From Raillietiella orientalis (Eukaryota): 64,000 bases of DNA. A program made the position numbers and the translations under genes. The notes below the pieces were generated by a model. The model did not search any database, was not told the origin of the DNA, and was given only the letters and a program-made list of their open reading frames with translations. Positions 48,976-60,900 of this stretch are shown here, in pieces. The stretch is taken from positions 1,612,001-1,676,000 of the forward strand of contig JAYWIR010000001.1 in NCBI GenBank assembly GCA_036172245.1. Reading direction: 5' to 3'. Positions within the stretch are counted from its first letter, which is position 1. Each line of letters starts with the position of its first letter.

Positions 48976-50837
48976 GAAAGAAATTCAGAAAATAATATAT
49001 ATCTATGTCATTTTCTATTTGATGGTAGAAGGACCCTTTGTTGTGAAATGAATGGCGATGGTAGAGTAGGGAGGAGGGGAGGAGGTTCGACAAATAGGCA
49101 GCGGATCGACTGGTTCTGGAATTTTCCGCAGAGGTTACAACCCGAGGAGTTTTTCGACCGAAATTTCACTGCTGCGGAGGAGGCTGCAGGATCGACGGAG
49201 GTGGTACAGATCTGCGATTGATGCTGCGGATTTCGCAACCTCGGGTCGGATAAGATCCCTGATTTCTCCTCTGCACGCGTGCACATCGAATCCATCTGCC
49301 TGTGCGTACATACATGCACGTACACGTATGGAACTGCACGTGCGGCGGAGAGAGGGGGGGGGGGGGGGAGGGTTACGGCGCAGTGGACGCGAGTCGGCGG
49401 GGGCTTCAGAGGAAAAGGCGCGAACGGTTATGCGCGCCCACGCGACCCTCCCTTCCGAAAAATCGGGAAGCTCCCACGCCAAAGCGAAAGCGCCGCTCGA
49501 GAAAGGAAAGAGGAAGAATTTTCGGGCGCTTCCGAGAGCACTCCAGATTTCATTCGGGGGCCACTTCGAGTGGAGAAAGTCCGACAGCGCGCGCTCGGCG
49601 TCTTCGGATGGGCGCGTTCTCTCTCGCCACGCGCGCGCGGACGGAGAGGGGGGTCGCCCGCGTCTCCTGCCGGAAGGATCCAGGAATCGTGTGCGGCGGC
49701 GTGCGAGCGAGGCGATCCGTCGGCCGGCCGCCCCCGGTAGCCGGAGCGACGGGTTCACCGTCGTCGTTTCCTAGGGAACGCGAGGGAAAAGCGAAAATCG
49801 GACGCGGCTCGTCTCGCGGAAGCGAGGATCCGTGGGGCGCGGGGAAATCCAGACCAGATGCTTAGGTGTGACCGGTGCTCGAGGGGAAGAGGGACATTCA
49901 TCACGCAGCCTCAGAACCAGAAACATCTCTTCCGAACACGGGTCCAGCAAGAGGGGTAATCTCTCGTAGGCAGCCTTTGATGGTCGAGATCCGAGTTGCG
50001 GAGTGAGGATTGTTCCGGAAGATGGAGGACCTCGAAGCGGCTTCGTTCCCGGAACAGCACACGCCCTCCACCCCCAATCCCTTCCTGTCCCAGGGGGACG
50101 AGCGCATCTCGCGGTTGCAGTCTGGGGCGCTGCAAACATTTTTGGAGAGCGGTGGTCCCAGGCCCGTTTCAGGAACACAGCAGCTTGTCAACAAACAGCC
50201 CGTCACCTGGAGTCACTTTCCTCAGCACGGGGGAGGGGAAGCACACGCAGAATAAGAAGAGGAGGAGGAAAAGAGAGGGGGAGGGGGAGAGAGAGAAGAC
50301 ATACCCAGTCAGAACGCCAAGCAACAGCTGGATTTTCGGGATGATGAATGAGCGTTCCATCTCCCGAATCTGCTTTCGAGAGGAAAATGAAAACCATCTC
50401 TCGTGGGAGATCGAAAACAAACCGTATCAAAGAACGCCAAAAGGATAATTCGATAAGAGAGGCGGCAGGAGGAAGGCATCTCCTCCGCCGTTGATTTTTC
50501 GGGTTTTCAATTTTCGCGTCGTCGAAGCGCCGGGCGCGCGCGTCCCGCAAGAGGAGAGAAAGTGGCAGCAAGAAATTTCGAAACCGTTCAATAACAAGGA
50601 GACGTGCCTCGAAGACAGCCAGCCGGGAGGAGAATGAGAGGCGAGAGAAAGATTTTATGGACCTGAAATGAACTCGCGTTGAAATCCCTGGGATCCATAA
50701 AAAAGAGTTTTTCCCGCTCCAGCTGCAGATTCATTTTTTAGCTCGCTCGAATGGCATCTCGCTAAGTGCAAGATGGAAATCCATCTTCGAACCAGTGCAA
50801 GCGCCGGCGTCCACGGACGCGCAAACCCGTTCCGCCT

Positions 50838-51772
50838 CTTCTCGGAATTTCGAGTCTTTTCCTCCGTCCATGTCGAAGCCCAGGCGGGTCGGAGGTTCCC
50901 GGGCCGGGTGAGGACGCGCGCCGCCGCGGCCTTGGTTTCCGCGGGAAACCGTCGGCCGGACCCTGCCCCGACTGGCCGCAGGGGACGCACCATCGGTCCT
51001 GCGCGGAGCTGGGCCGACGGCGCGACGGGATGCGCCTTCCGCGCGAGAGAACACGGGCTTCCCTTTTCGGGTGCTCTTCCAGCTTCATCCGGCCACCGCG
51101 GCTCGCATCCCGCCTTGCATCGGCCCCCGCGCGACGAGACAAACCGGAAGGCTTCCTGCGGAGGAAGGAGGGGCAGCGGACGGGACTTGCTTTCGCTTTC
51201 GCTTCGGAGGCGTCGCCTGCCGTCTCGTTCGCCCGGACCCACGAAGGACCCACGATGGGCCGGCCGGCCGGCCGGTCCCGGCGGCGAACGGCGCGCACGA
51301 CCGCGACGCTCCTTCTTCGGCTGACGGTGCAGCACGGCGGCTCTCGCGAGAAGCGGACACGCCCAACGCCTGACGTCCTCGTCGCGCTTCTTGCCACCAT
51401 CCTTCCTCCGTCCACTCGCCGAAAGGGCGCGGGCGGAACGAGCGCGCGGCAGCGAGAACCTCGCTCGCGCCAACTGCCTTCCCGTCCGCGCACCGCCGCG
51501 TGGACCCGCACTGGACCGTGCAGTTGGACGGGCGAGAGGTCATCTGGAAGCCGTCGGTAGCGGGAAAGGATTCGACGCCCGTTCGAAGGCGGAGAAGGAG
51601 AGTGGGGCTCGGAGATTTGGGAGGTCCTCAACGCGTGGGCCTTCCGGCTGGGAGTCACCTCGCGCTGGCCAAAGAGGCGGTGTTCTGTTTCGTCTGTGCT
51701 GAGGATTGGAAACGAAAGTTGCTGCTGCTCCTTTGCGGAAGGGAAGAGGAGGAAAGAGGGAAAGGGAACAGG
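50838..51772 (+). repeat. Copy B (935 bp) of the direct repeat pair (partner 40348..41293)
   Basis: See copy A. ORFs 40912..41223 and 51391..51702 translate identically. Confidence 0.95.
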
Positions 51773-53769
51773 CGGAGGGGGAGGAGGGTATGCTTAACTC
51801 CTCCTTCGAGATGTGGTGGTCCACGAGTTTGTGTAAGTGTCGCTCCCGGAGGGGTGTGCCCGGATGCCGAACTCCAAATCCGAGTATAAAGTGGCTTTTC
51901 GACTGTCTGCACCCATCGAAATTTTGGCGAGTCCGTGGCGCCGCGTTGCGAGGCGAAAGGATTTCGCGGGGGTCGTCACGTGGCTTTTCGGACGCAACGA
52001 AAACGGATCGGCTGAAGACGAATTTTCCGATCGCGATTCAAGGTGACCCCCTGAGGGGGATGGACGCGAATCGACAGAAGAGCGAGCGAGTGGCGTGCTC
52101 GAGAACGCGAACTGCCGGATAATTCACGGGGGAAACGTGCGACGAATTCCTCGCAAAGCAAATGGAGAAAAAGTGGTTGGACCAACTGCTTCGGCGACCG
52201 CTAGGACCACGGGCAGAAAGGCAAAAGGAGTTTCTGGCACTTGCCGAAGAGGCGCGCTCGCGTGGACGCGGAAGAGAGGCGAAGCCCGGCTGGAAACCCC
52301 CAGGAAAATCCTGCGCCTGGGTTTCCCCGATCTCTTGATGGCGGCTGCAAGTTCGAATCTCTTCCGTCGAATAACGGGAGTTGCGGACGGGCAGCCTCCG
52401 CCGCTAAATTTAAGAAAATCGATAAATCGGAGCCTCGTCTTTAGGAACGTAGCAAAAACGTGCTCCCTCGGGAAGTCCCAACCGCTCATCCAGGCCGGGG
52501 CGCACACCTTCATCCCCTTCGCTAATTTTTACTTCCTTTTTTTTTTTTTTTTTTTCTTGCTTTCCTTTTCCATTTCCTGAAATTGTCATTACCATTGCTA
52601 TTATTACTATTACTATTACAGTTTTATTCCTTCGCACGTAATCTCGAAATCAACGATTTTTGCTTGCACGCACACGCGTGGTTCCTCGATATCTTCAAAC
52701 CGCGATTAAATCAGATTTGAAAATTGATACTCGCAAATGAACATCAGCAACGTCCACCGTGTGTGATGGATAAAAGATTAATGACGAGCCTTCATTCGGA
52801 TACTGCATCGCAGCATCCGAAACGCAGCAGAAATCACAATGCCGATTATCGCAGCCCCAATCGACCTTCGATAATAAAAGCGCAAATCCAATCTGATGGC
52901 AATGGGAGGAGATGGAAGCGCCGTCCTGGATTTCCTCTCCCGTCGCCGCGTTCTCTTGAGGTAGGACGTGCGCGAGATGGTGAGTACCGCGACGGTGAGG
53001 TGAGGAAACAGCTCGGCGTGCCGCCGTCAGCGTGTGAGCTGGTTCCTTCCTCCCAGGTCCTCCGCAGCCTCTCGCCCCGCACGGCTGCGACCTTTCGTGC
53101 TGCTGCCGGCGTAAGCCATTTCGTCTTCCGAGAAGAGGCTCCCTCCTAATCGGGAACCGAAAAAGAAAATGGCGGGAAGGGAGGCTGCGATCGCAACGGG
53201 CAAGCCGAGCAACAACAGATGCAGCGGCAGCACGCGTCTTCTCGTTTCCCTGAGTACTCGGGCAACGCCCCCTGGTTTCATCTTTTTGGCAAAGAAGAGC
53301 GCCGTCTCGAGGAAGGATGCGCACCGATGGGAAGTCCAACCTGGGCGGAACAACGGCGGACCTCTTCCTTTTCCCTTCCTCCTGCTCCTCCTCTCTTACT
53401 CCTCCTCCCTTCCTCTTCCCTTCCGCGCGACCCTTTGCTTCTGGAAGCGAGGGAGGCAGCGGCACAGGGAAACGCCAGAGGAGATCGAGGAGGACCCACG
53501 GGAGTTGCTGGCCGAGGAGGAGTAGTAGTAGTAGAACGGGATCAGCGAGCAGAACATCAGCCGCAGGAGCAGGAGCAGGTGTTCCAGGCGGTGGTCGTCT
53601 TCCAGAACAACGAATTGGAGGAGGGAGCAGGAGGGAACAGTGCTCCTTAATAGAGGACGAGGAGGACCGGTAGCAGACTGGATCTGCGTCCGCGAAACGG
53701 GCGGGAGCACGGATCGCGATGGGCGGGAGCTCTTCCAGGGGATTCCAGGTCGGAACGGAAGCAGGGAAC

Positions 53770-53990
53770 GCAAGATGCATCAGGAGCAGCATCGGAACCT
53801 GGAACGTCGGCCGCAGCAGCTGGGGAGCACGGAAGACAGTGAGTCGTCCGGGAGGAACCGTAGTAGCTGCGGAGGAGGCGTTCCTCGAACCGGGAGTCGG
53901 TGCCCTTGCAAGAGGGAACGGTCAAAAGCAGGCCGTGGAGGAGGCCGCACCTCGGCTCTCCGAAGGGCGTGTTTTCCCCGGGAGCCTCGG
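53770..53990 (+). mobile_element. Possible decayed N-terminus of a LINE APE endonuclease
   Basis: IGTWNV (classic APE start), VVAAEEAFL (~IxAxQETxL), and in another frame GRGGGRTSAL (~RGGGVA). Confidence 0.4.
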
Positions 53991-55049
53991 CCATTCCGGC
54001 TTCCTGCGTCGCCACTTTCCTGGCAGGTGACCCGTCCTGCGAAGCTTCGGGAAGATGGAGAAGAGCGCATCGCGTTTTCCATTGCCGGTTTCCGTTGCTG
54101 ATCAGCCCGTGTCGCCCTGGCCACCAGCAGCGCGGCGGCGGAGGAGGCGGCGACAACGCAATCGCGGAGGTGGAGGCTGGACCCTGACGAACGGCCCAGC
54201 CATGCGAAGGACTTCTCCCATCCCTACTTCCTGTTCCGCTGCCACGGCAACGAAGCACCGTCCTCTGATGAGAACTTCCGATCCTTCCGCAGGGAAAGGG
54301 AGAAGGAAGAAAGAAGGGAAAGCGATGATGGTTTCTCGTTTCGTTTCTTCTTCGCCTGCCGGTTTTGTCCTTTCAGCGGAGCAGAGCGCCATCTCGAGGA
54401 GGGAAGCGCACTGATGGGAAGTTCAACCCGGGCGAAACAAAGGAGCTATCTGCGAACCACGATGGTGTCTGCGGGCAACACACCCCTCCGCCGTGTAAAC
54501 ACACGCGTTCCGCCGTGCCACTGGAAGGCAAAGGCCCCTCAGGGTAAATAAATGATTTATTGTGATTGCGGATCGCAGAGCAAGGGGTACTTACCGCTAG
54601 AGGATGCGCTCGGCCGCGCGGTGGAAAGTGGTCTTCGGTCCATTCCGGTTCGTGGATCGCACTGCCTTCGGGACCTTTTTTTTTTTTTCTTCGCACGGCC
54701 CCGCCAGGGGAGCCCAGAAGCACTCTCGCGGAAGGATTTTGGCTGGCGTGAAAGGCCGGAGGACCGGAGAAAGCGGTGATGAATGATTGGCGTGACCCAA
54801 CACAATTAACACGTTAAATTTTCACTTGTTATGAGGCGGATGGAGCGGAAGCGGAGGAACACAAAAATGGCGTGTTCGGGGGATGAATGAAAATTCCGAA
54901 ACGAAATTCCGGAATCGCCAGCAAGCAGACCCTTGTCTCGGCGTCGCCGCCCCGCCCGCTTACATCTCCTGTTAGGGCGCGGGATGGTGTAGCGGCTCAC
55001 GGCGAGCGGGTCCAGAGGGAGGAGGAGGAGGAAGACGTCGCTCGTCGGG

Positions 55050-55760
55050 CCGCACCAGGCTCTCCGCCAGCGCCCTCAGCTCGAAGACGTCCTGCCACGC
55101 CCTGCCGTCGGGTACGAGGCATCTCCTGACCACCTCCTTTACCTTCCGGGAGAAGACATCGGATGCCAGGGGCGGGTAGAGGGATCTCACGATCCGCCAG
55201 AGCACGAGCCGGCCGTCCGAATTCCTCACGAAGAAGAGAGAGATGTCTCTGCTGCCGTCTCGTACAGCACGTGGACCAGAAGTCCGTCCTGAAGGCGTAG
55301 CCGCGCCTGGAGAAGGGCGTCCACACGAAGGGGTGCGACAGGAAGCTCCCCGTGCTCCCAGGGCGAGGTCACCAAACTTACCTCTCCTCGGCTGAAGATG
55401 AAGATGTTACACGGCTTGGGGTCTCGATGGCAGATGGACTGTAGCTGCATGCAGCTGAGTGCTTAGCAAAGCTATCCAGAAGATGCTCCAGAATGAACAC
55501 CCCGATCCAGGTCGCCCCCCTCGGCTGGCTCCATCACACGAAGAGTTCCCCATTCAAGTGGGAGCAGTCCACGTAACACACCATGTTAAGATGAACCTCT
55601 TCGTCAGGTTCACCACATTTATGGAGCTCAGCCATGGAGCCGGCGCGCCGGTTGCAGAAGACCTCCTTCCACGCTCTTCTCAGGGAGACTTGCAGGCTGG
55701 TCCCTTTGCGACGGGCCACGTGCAGTCTCTCCTGCATTCCCAATCCTTTTTGTCCCATAG
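55050..55760 (-). pseudogene. Intronless, frameshifted NEK6/NEK7-like Ser/Thr kinase pseudogene
   Basis: Colinear subdomains across frames: HLNMVCYVDC..GELF / VMEPAEGGDLDR; LC*ALSCMQLQSICHRDPKPCNIFI (HRD..N at 55429..55406); KFGDLALG (NEK6/7-type DLG); RGYAFRTDFWS; VLYETAA; YPPLASDVFSRKVKEVVRRCLVPD. These match recalled NEK7 motifs ELADAGDLSR, MHRDIKPANVFI, KLGDLGLG, GYNFKSDIWS, LYEMAA, YPPLPSDHYS. Confidence 0.85.
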
Positions 55761-57870
55761 GGCCTTTGTCCCTTCCCTCGGCGAGACGCTGCTAGCACTC
55801 GAAGACCCGGAGCTGCAGCGAGCAAGGAAGTGCAGCTGCGCGGTGACCCGCAAAAGGCGTCGCTTTTTCCAGTGGACCTGGAGGAATTTCCCTGACGCTT
55901 CAGGGCGAGGGAGGAGGAAGATGAGGCTGGCGAAGTTGAATGGAGTCATTGAGATCTGCCTTCCGTCTCCATGGGAACTCGGCCAAAGCGTTTCTCGGAA
56001 AAATTCTTTCATATGCCTGTGCCTCCCCCCCCCACACAAAGCCTCCCCAAGGAAACACATTGCGACCGCAACGTGATGGGAGACAAAGCCGACTCGGGTA
56101 CTCGGAGCTGGGAAGACGTTTCCGCGGCAACTAGTGCGAAAGAACTCTTTTATTTTATTTTTTTCATTTGCCATGCGTGGCAACCGAACGCTCTCACGTC
56201 TCTGTGGGAAATTCCTGTCAGATTCCTGTCGATCGTGGGCCTGGTGTTGTGGTTGAAGAGGTTGCCAGGCGACACCGAACGATCATTACAGAGCTGCTGC
56301 CGCCGCTGTTTGCTTTGGGACGCGGTCGTCACGTCGCGAGCGCCATGCTGGAGCTACCGGGAGCCGGCGCAGTCCAAGGCGCACCCTCCTTCCTCATGGC
56401 CAGCCAGCAGTTTTGGGGAGCTGTTCTTCGGCTCCTCGAAGGAGGAACAGCAGCAACTCCTGTTCCTCCTTTTCCCCTGCATTCCCATCATGCGTATCTT
56501 GACGAGAGGGAATTCATATCCGCAGCGGGGAACTTCCGAGCAAGCGTATCCTCCTCGTCCTCCTCCGGGGAAGGCGCGTACGCAACGCGCGCGCGGTCGG
56601 TTCCCCCCCCCCCTCCCGACTCCTTTTCTCTCCTTGCGAATGCCCCATTCGAATCGATGGAACGAACAGCAGTGAGCCTCCGTGACGGGAAGATTCCACT
56701 TTTCCCGTCCATAGTCATCCCTCGCTTTTTTTTTTTTTTTTTTCTTCTCTCTCTTCTGTGTTCCCGGGAAACTTCCCGCCGTCTCTGAGCCGCGCTTTTC
56801 CTCCCTGCCTTTTTCATCCCGCCTCGGAGGGAGTGAGCCGGGAGGGAACCACCTCAGGGGAGGGGGAGGAGGGAAAGGGAACAAACGGAACGAAGCAGGG
56901 GCGCGCGCGCAAACGCACGCAGCCGCCGCCGCCTCGCAGAGGGAACGCGCCTGCGCGCGCATCCTCTTCTTCTCTCAGCGAAAAAACTGCCCCACTCTCT
57001 CTCCGTTCCCGGTTCCCCGCGCGCGCGGTATTGATTTTTTCCCCTCACATCGTCCCAATTGAAAGTTCCCGAAATACAAAGTGAAGAAAAATCAATGGCC
57101 GTCCTTTTCCAGAGCAGAGCAGGGGGATAACCGAGCGATCGCGTATCCCAGGAGGAAGCCGTTGCGAAGACGATTCATTGCTTCTTAGCGTGACACGTAG
57201 TGATAAAAAAGAAAAAAAAAAAAAAAAAAAGTTCTACATTTCCTGGAATCATTTTATCGATTACGCCGCGTCATCCCGTCGCGAGCGGCAATAAAACACG
57301 TTCGAGGACGTTGAACCAAGAGGGGGAGGAGCGCGAGCGCCCCCTTCTGCGGATGGTCTCGCGGGCGCAAGCAGCAGCAGCAGCCGGGGGTGGTGCGTGG
57401 AGTGGACGGTCCGAATTCTGGAGGCGGCGGCGGCGGCTCCTTACCTCCACCCTCCTGCCACCGTCTTCTCTCCCTTCCTCCGGAGCTCAAGGGAAGGGGG
57501 GAGGAACACCTCGCCACACCCGACGCGGCGGGCCGCGGCGCGCGCGAAGCAGCAGTGGGTCTTCATCCCCCCCCCCCCCTTCCCTCTCCTCCTCGTCCCT
57601 CCCCTTAATTAATGCAGGGATTTTTTCTCCTTGCCGGAGCAGAGGAGGAGTTGCTCTCCTCCGCTGTTTGTTTTGGCGAGGGGAATGCGCGCCGGTCGCG
57701 CCAATCGATTGTCGAGGATCACGCCGATGGCAAGCATCAGTGACCGCCGCCCGCCGCCGCCGGAGAAGAGAAAGTAACAATGCGAGTTTATTGTTACTTT
57801 CTCCTCCCCGGGAACGCGGGGGGATGCTCTTAATGGATTCATCAGGAGGAGGGAAGGAGGAATCCCCCAA

Positions 57871-57907
57871 CGCTCGCTCGCTCGCTCGCTCGCGCGCGCG
57901 CGCGCGC

Positions 57908-57937
<30 letters not shown>
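57871..57937. repeat. Compound (CGCT)n(CG)n(GA)n microsatellite
   Basis: Read directly from sequence. Confidence 0.85.
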
Positions 57938-57940
<3 letters not shown>

Positions 57941-60900
57941 GCCGGTCGCGGAAGAGCTCCTGGCGCGTTCGGCGAAGAGGAGAACGCCGAGGGGCCACCG
58001 CAGCGCGCGCCCGTCTCTCAGGCGGATTCCTGGTTTTTATCTTCTCCCGCTTATCGTGCGCGAGTGCGGCAGAGAGGCGTGCCTGCACGTATTAAGATGA
58101 GATCGACGCTGCGAGCGGCTGCTGTACGTCACTGTCACCGCAGAAGAAGAAGACTCCATCATCGAAGAAACGCGTCCATCTCCTTCTCGACATCTGTGTT
58201 TAAACACACACACGCGGAAAACGAGGATCTTCCATCTGAAAGGCTCGGGGAGACCAAGAGGAAGGAAGCGTCGCCTCGTCCTTCCGCGAGGAGCGAATTC
58301 CCGGAGACCCGTGGGACGCGCGTCGCCTGACGACCCGGCTGCCGTTCCCTGAAACCGAAGCGATGGGGAGGAGAGGGACATCTTGCGCCTGACGAAAACA
58401 GCACCCGGACGTGTGGAACGGATCACTTTGCGAGTCCGGCACACGTGTGGAACGCGAGGCGGGCTGCCGAACTGCCGGCTCGCCCTTCGGCGCCGGAGGG
58501 CGAGCACGCCCTGCCTGGGATGGGTCGGGCAGGACTTTCGCCCCCTGGCCACGGGGCGAAAAACACCGGGACGCGCTTTCCCCCGGCCCTTCCGCGATGT
58601 TGAGGCTGGGCGATGCTTTCGCCCAGCCTCGCCCGCGGTGTTCCGGACTGCGCTGTCCGGCGCGCCCCATGCGGCGGGGGAACTCCTGGGAACGCCTCTC
58701 CCGGCGATCCGCGCGCGCCGCGGTGTGCACTTCCTCTTCGGTCCTGTCCCCTGTCCAGCTTGTCCGCGCGGCTGCCGCCGCGCACCGCGCTCGGATCGAG
58801 AAATTTTTACTTAGTAGCCGAGGAATGCGCACGATAAGAACGATTCCGGGATTTTACGATGTAATAAAATCCAAGATGGCAACGCGAATCTTCTTCTGAA
58901 GCGATGGGACTCGCTAATGAAGAGAACGCGAAAGCGGCGAGGGGGTCGTCGCCAGTTATCTCCAAATAATCCAATTAAGTAATGAGCAGTAATTAAGAAC
59001 CATCAGGCACAGAGTGGGGACGGGCATCCCGAGGAAGGGCGGTTGTTTATTGGACTCGATGGATGACGGTTTTCTGGATCTCCGATGTCAATCGAGTGTG
59101 GCCCCCGCGCCGCGGGGGCCGGGGAGACGCGGCGGGCGCGCGGGCGCTCTGCTGCCGTTTTCTCCCTGGAAACGCGGGGGTCCTGCCGGAGGACTGCGGA
59201 GCGCGTCCCCCGGGGTCAGGGCCTCGCACAGCGCCTCGCGCGCCGAGCACGAACTTTTCCAGAACGCAAGGAGGGAGCAGGCAGTCGCTGGGTTCCCTCA
59301 TCCCCCGTCATCTCCTCCACCTCGCTCTTCCCGCTGATTGTATGATTTACTGGTATTTACACTCTGCTGATGGATCGGTGCAATCCGCCAGAAATTTTCC
59401 CATGCGGATCATGCGCTGCTGCTTAACCTGCGCGCATGCGCGCGCGATGCCTCCCTCCCCCCCCCGTCCCCAGCCGCCGCTCGCACCGGCGTTCGATTTT
59501 AAAAGAGCACATACGAAGCGAGGGACGAGATGAATTTCTAATATGATTCTATTTGCTCTCCGCGAGTCCTCTCGATAATTAATGAAGGGTGCAGCGGATG
59601 GAAGAACATCCAGGCAGCTTCCCGATTACTGCGGGGGAATCTCGGCGCGCTCCGAAACGAAAACAATCGATCCCGGAAAAGAGCAAGACGGCTCGCTGTT
59701 GTACCTCGTGGACAGGTTGTTTGCTATGCATGGGGGGAGGGGGATGGGAGGGGGGGAGGAAAGTGCTGCTGCTGCTGCTGCTGCTGCCTGCGGAAAGCAA
59801 ACACGGGTCGCGCGCGCGCGCCTGCGCGGAGGCATCCAGGGGTTTTCCCCCTCGCCGCCTTCAAGCTTCCCCCCCCCCCTCCCCTCTTCAGCTGCGGCTT
59901 CCTCGACGGATTATCTCCGCTTCGATTAACCCGGAGGAGGAGGGGGAAAAGTGCTGCTGCCGAACGAGGACCGTTCGCGCATCTGGCAGCGTTTTTGGTA
60001 CGTGTCATTCGATTCAATTTCGTTCAGAGCTTTTTACCAATCGATGCCGGTCGCTGCCTGCTGGAACGGACCTGTACAGGGCGACACGCACACCCGGGAC
60101 TTTCGACCGGGGAATGCGCGTGGGCGGGCGGGAAGGAGGAAAAGGGGACGTTGGCTGCGTTTCCTCCGGAGGGAGTCCGTTCCGCAGCTGGCAGCGTGGA
60201 TCCGGATGCCGGCCGCCGCCGTCGCCCCTCCGGATGCGTCTTCGGAAGAGCGCCAACACGGAAGGGGCAAAGGGAGAGACTCCGAGGAGGGCGGCAGCGG
60301 AGAGGAGCTGAAGGCGGACGACCCACGAAAGATGGTGGGTCCGCCCCTGCGGGCCGGTTGCCCCAGATGCCGGGCACGTGCTCGAACGCTAAGCCGGCGG
60401 AAAGATTCCCAAGAAGATGCTTCGCAAGAAGTTCCTCAGGTTTCGAAAGAGGCACGGACTGCAGGGAGGAAGATGCAGCGCTCTCCTCTCTCTCTCTCTC
60501 TCTCCCAAAAGAATCGCACATGTAAGGACAAGGTGCTGCGAGCCCGCCGCTGTCGTTCCAAGGTGTGCTTTCGTCACCACGGCTGGCAGATTAAATCTCT
60601 TCTGACAAAAGCAGCAGCCCCCGTGAGCGGCATGGTAACTTACCATGCGGTTATCAAATTTCGGCGGAAATCAATATCGAAAAGATGGATGCGCTGATGA
60701 ATATCCCAGTCGCGCAGGTATGCACCGTGGCCAAGGAAAATAACGCGTACTGGCAGCACTGCCAAGGAGAACGAGTCAGTCGCATCCGATTGCACGGTGC
60801 CTCTGGGCGAAAATTCCGAGAGCTCCCGAGAAACGAGATGAAAGGGTGTGCATGCCGTAGAGGGAGCGGAAAGCGGGATAGGGGGCGTGAGTCCTGGAAC

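Noticed and set aside
40348-51772. LTR retrotransposon interpretation of the direct repeats
   Set aside because: No TG..CA termini, TSD, PBS or gag/pol remnants.
57200-58330. 376-aa ORF
   Set aside because: It starts in poly(A), crosses (CGCT)/(GA) repeats and has no recognisable domain.
59054-59097. Hairpin actcgat...atcgagt as a pre-miRNA
   Set aside because: The stem is only ~16 bp with mismatches and wobbles, and no known mature miRNA was recognised.
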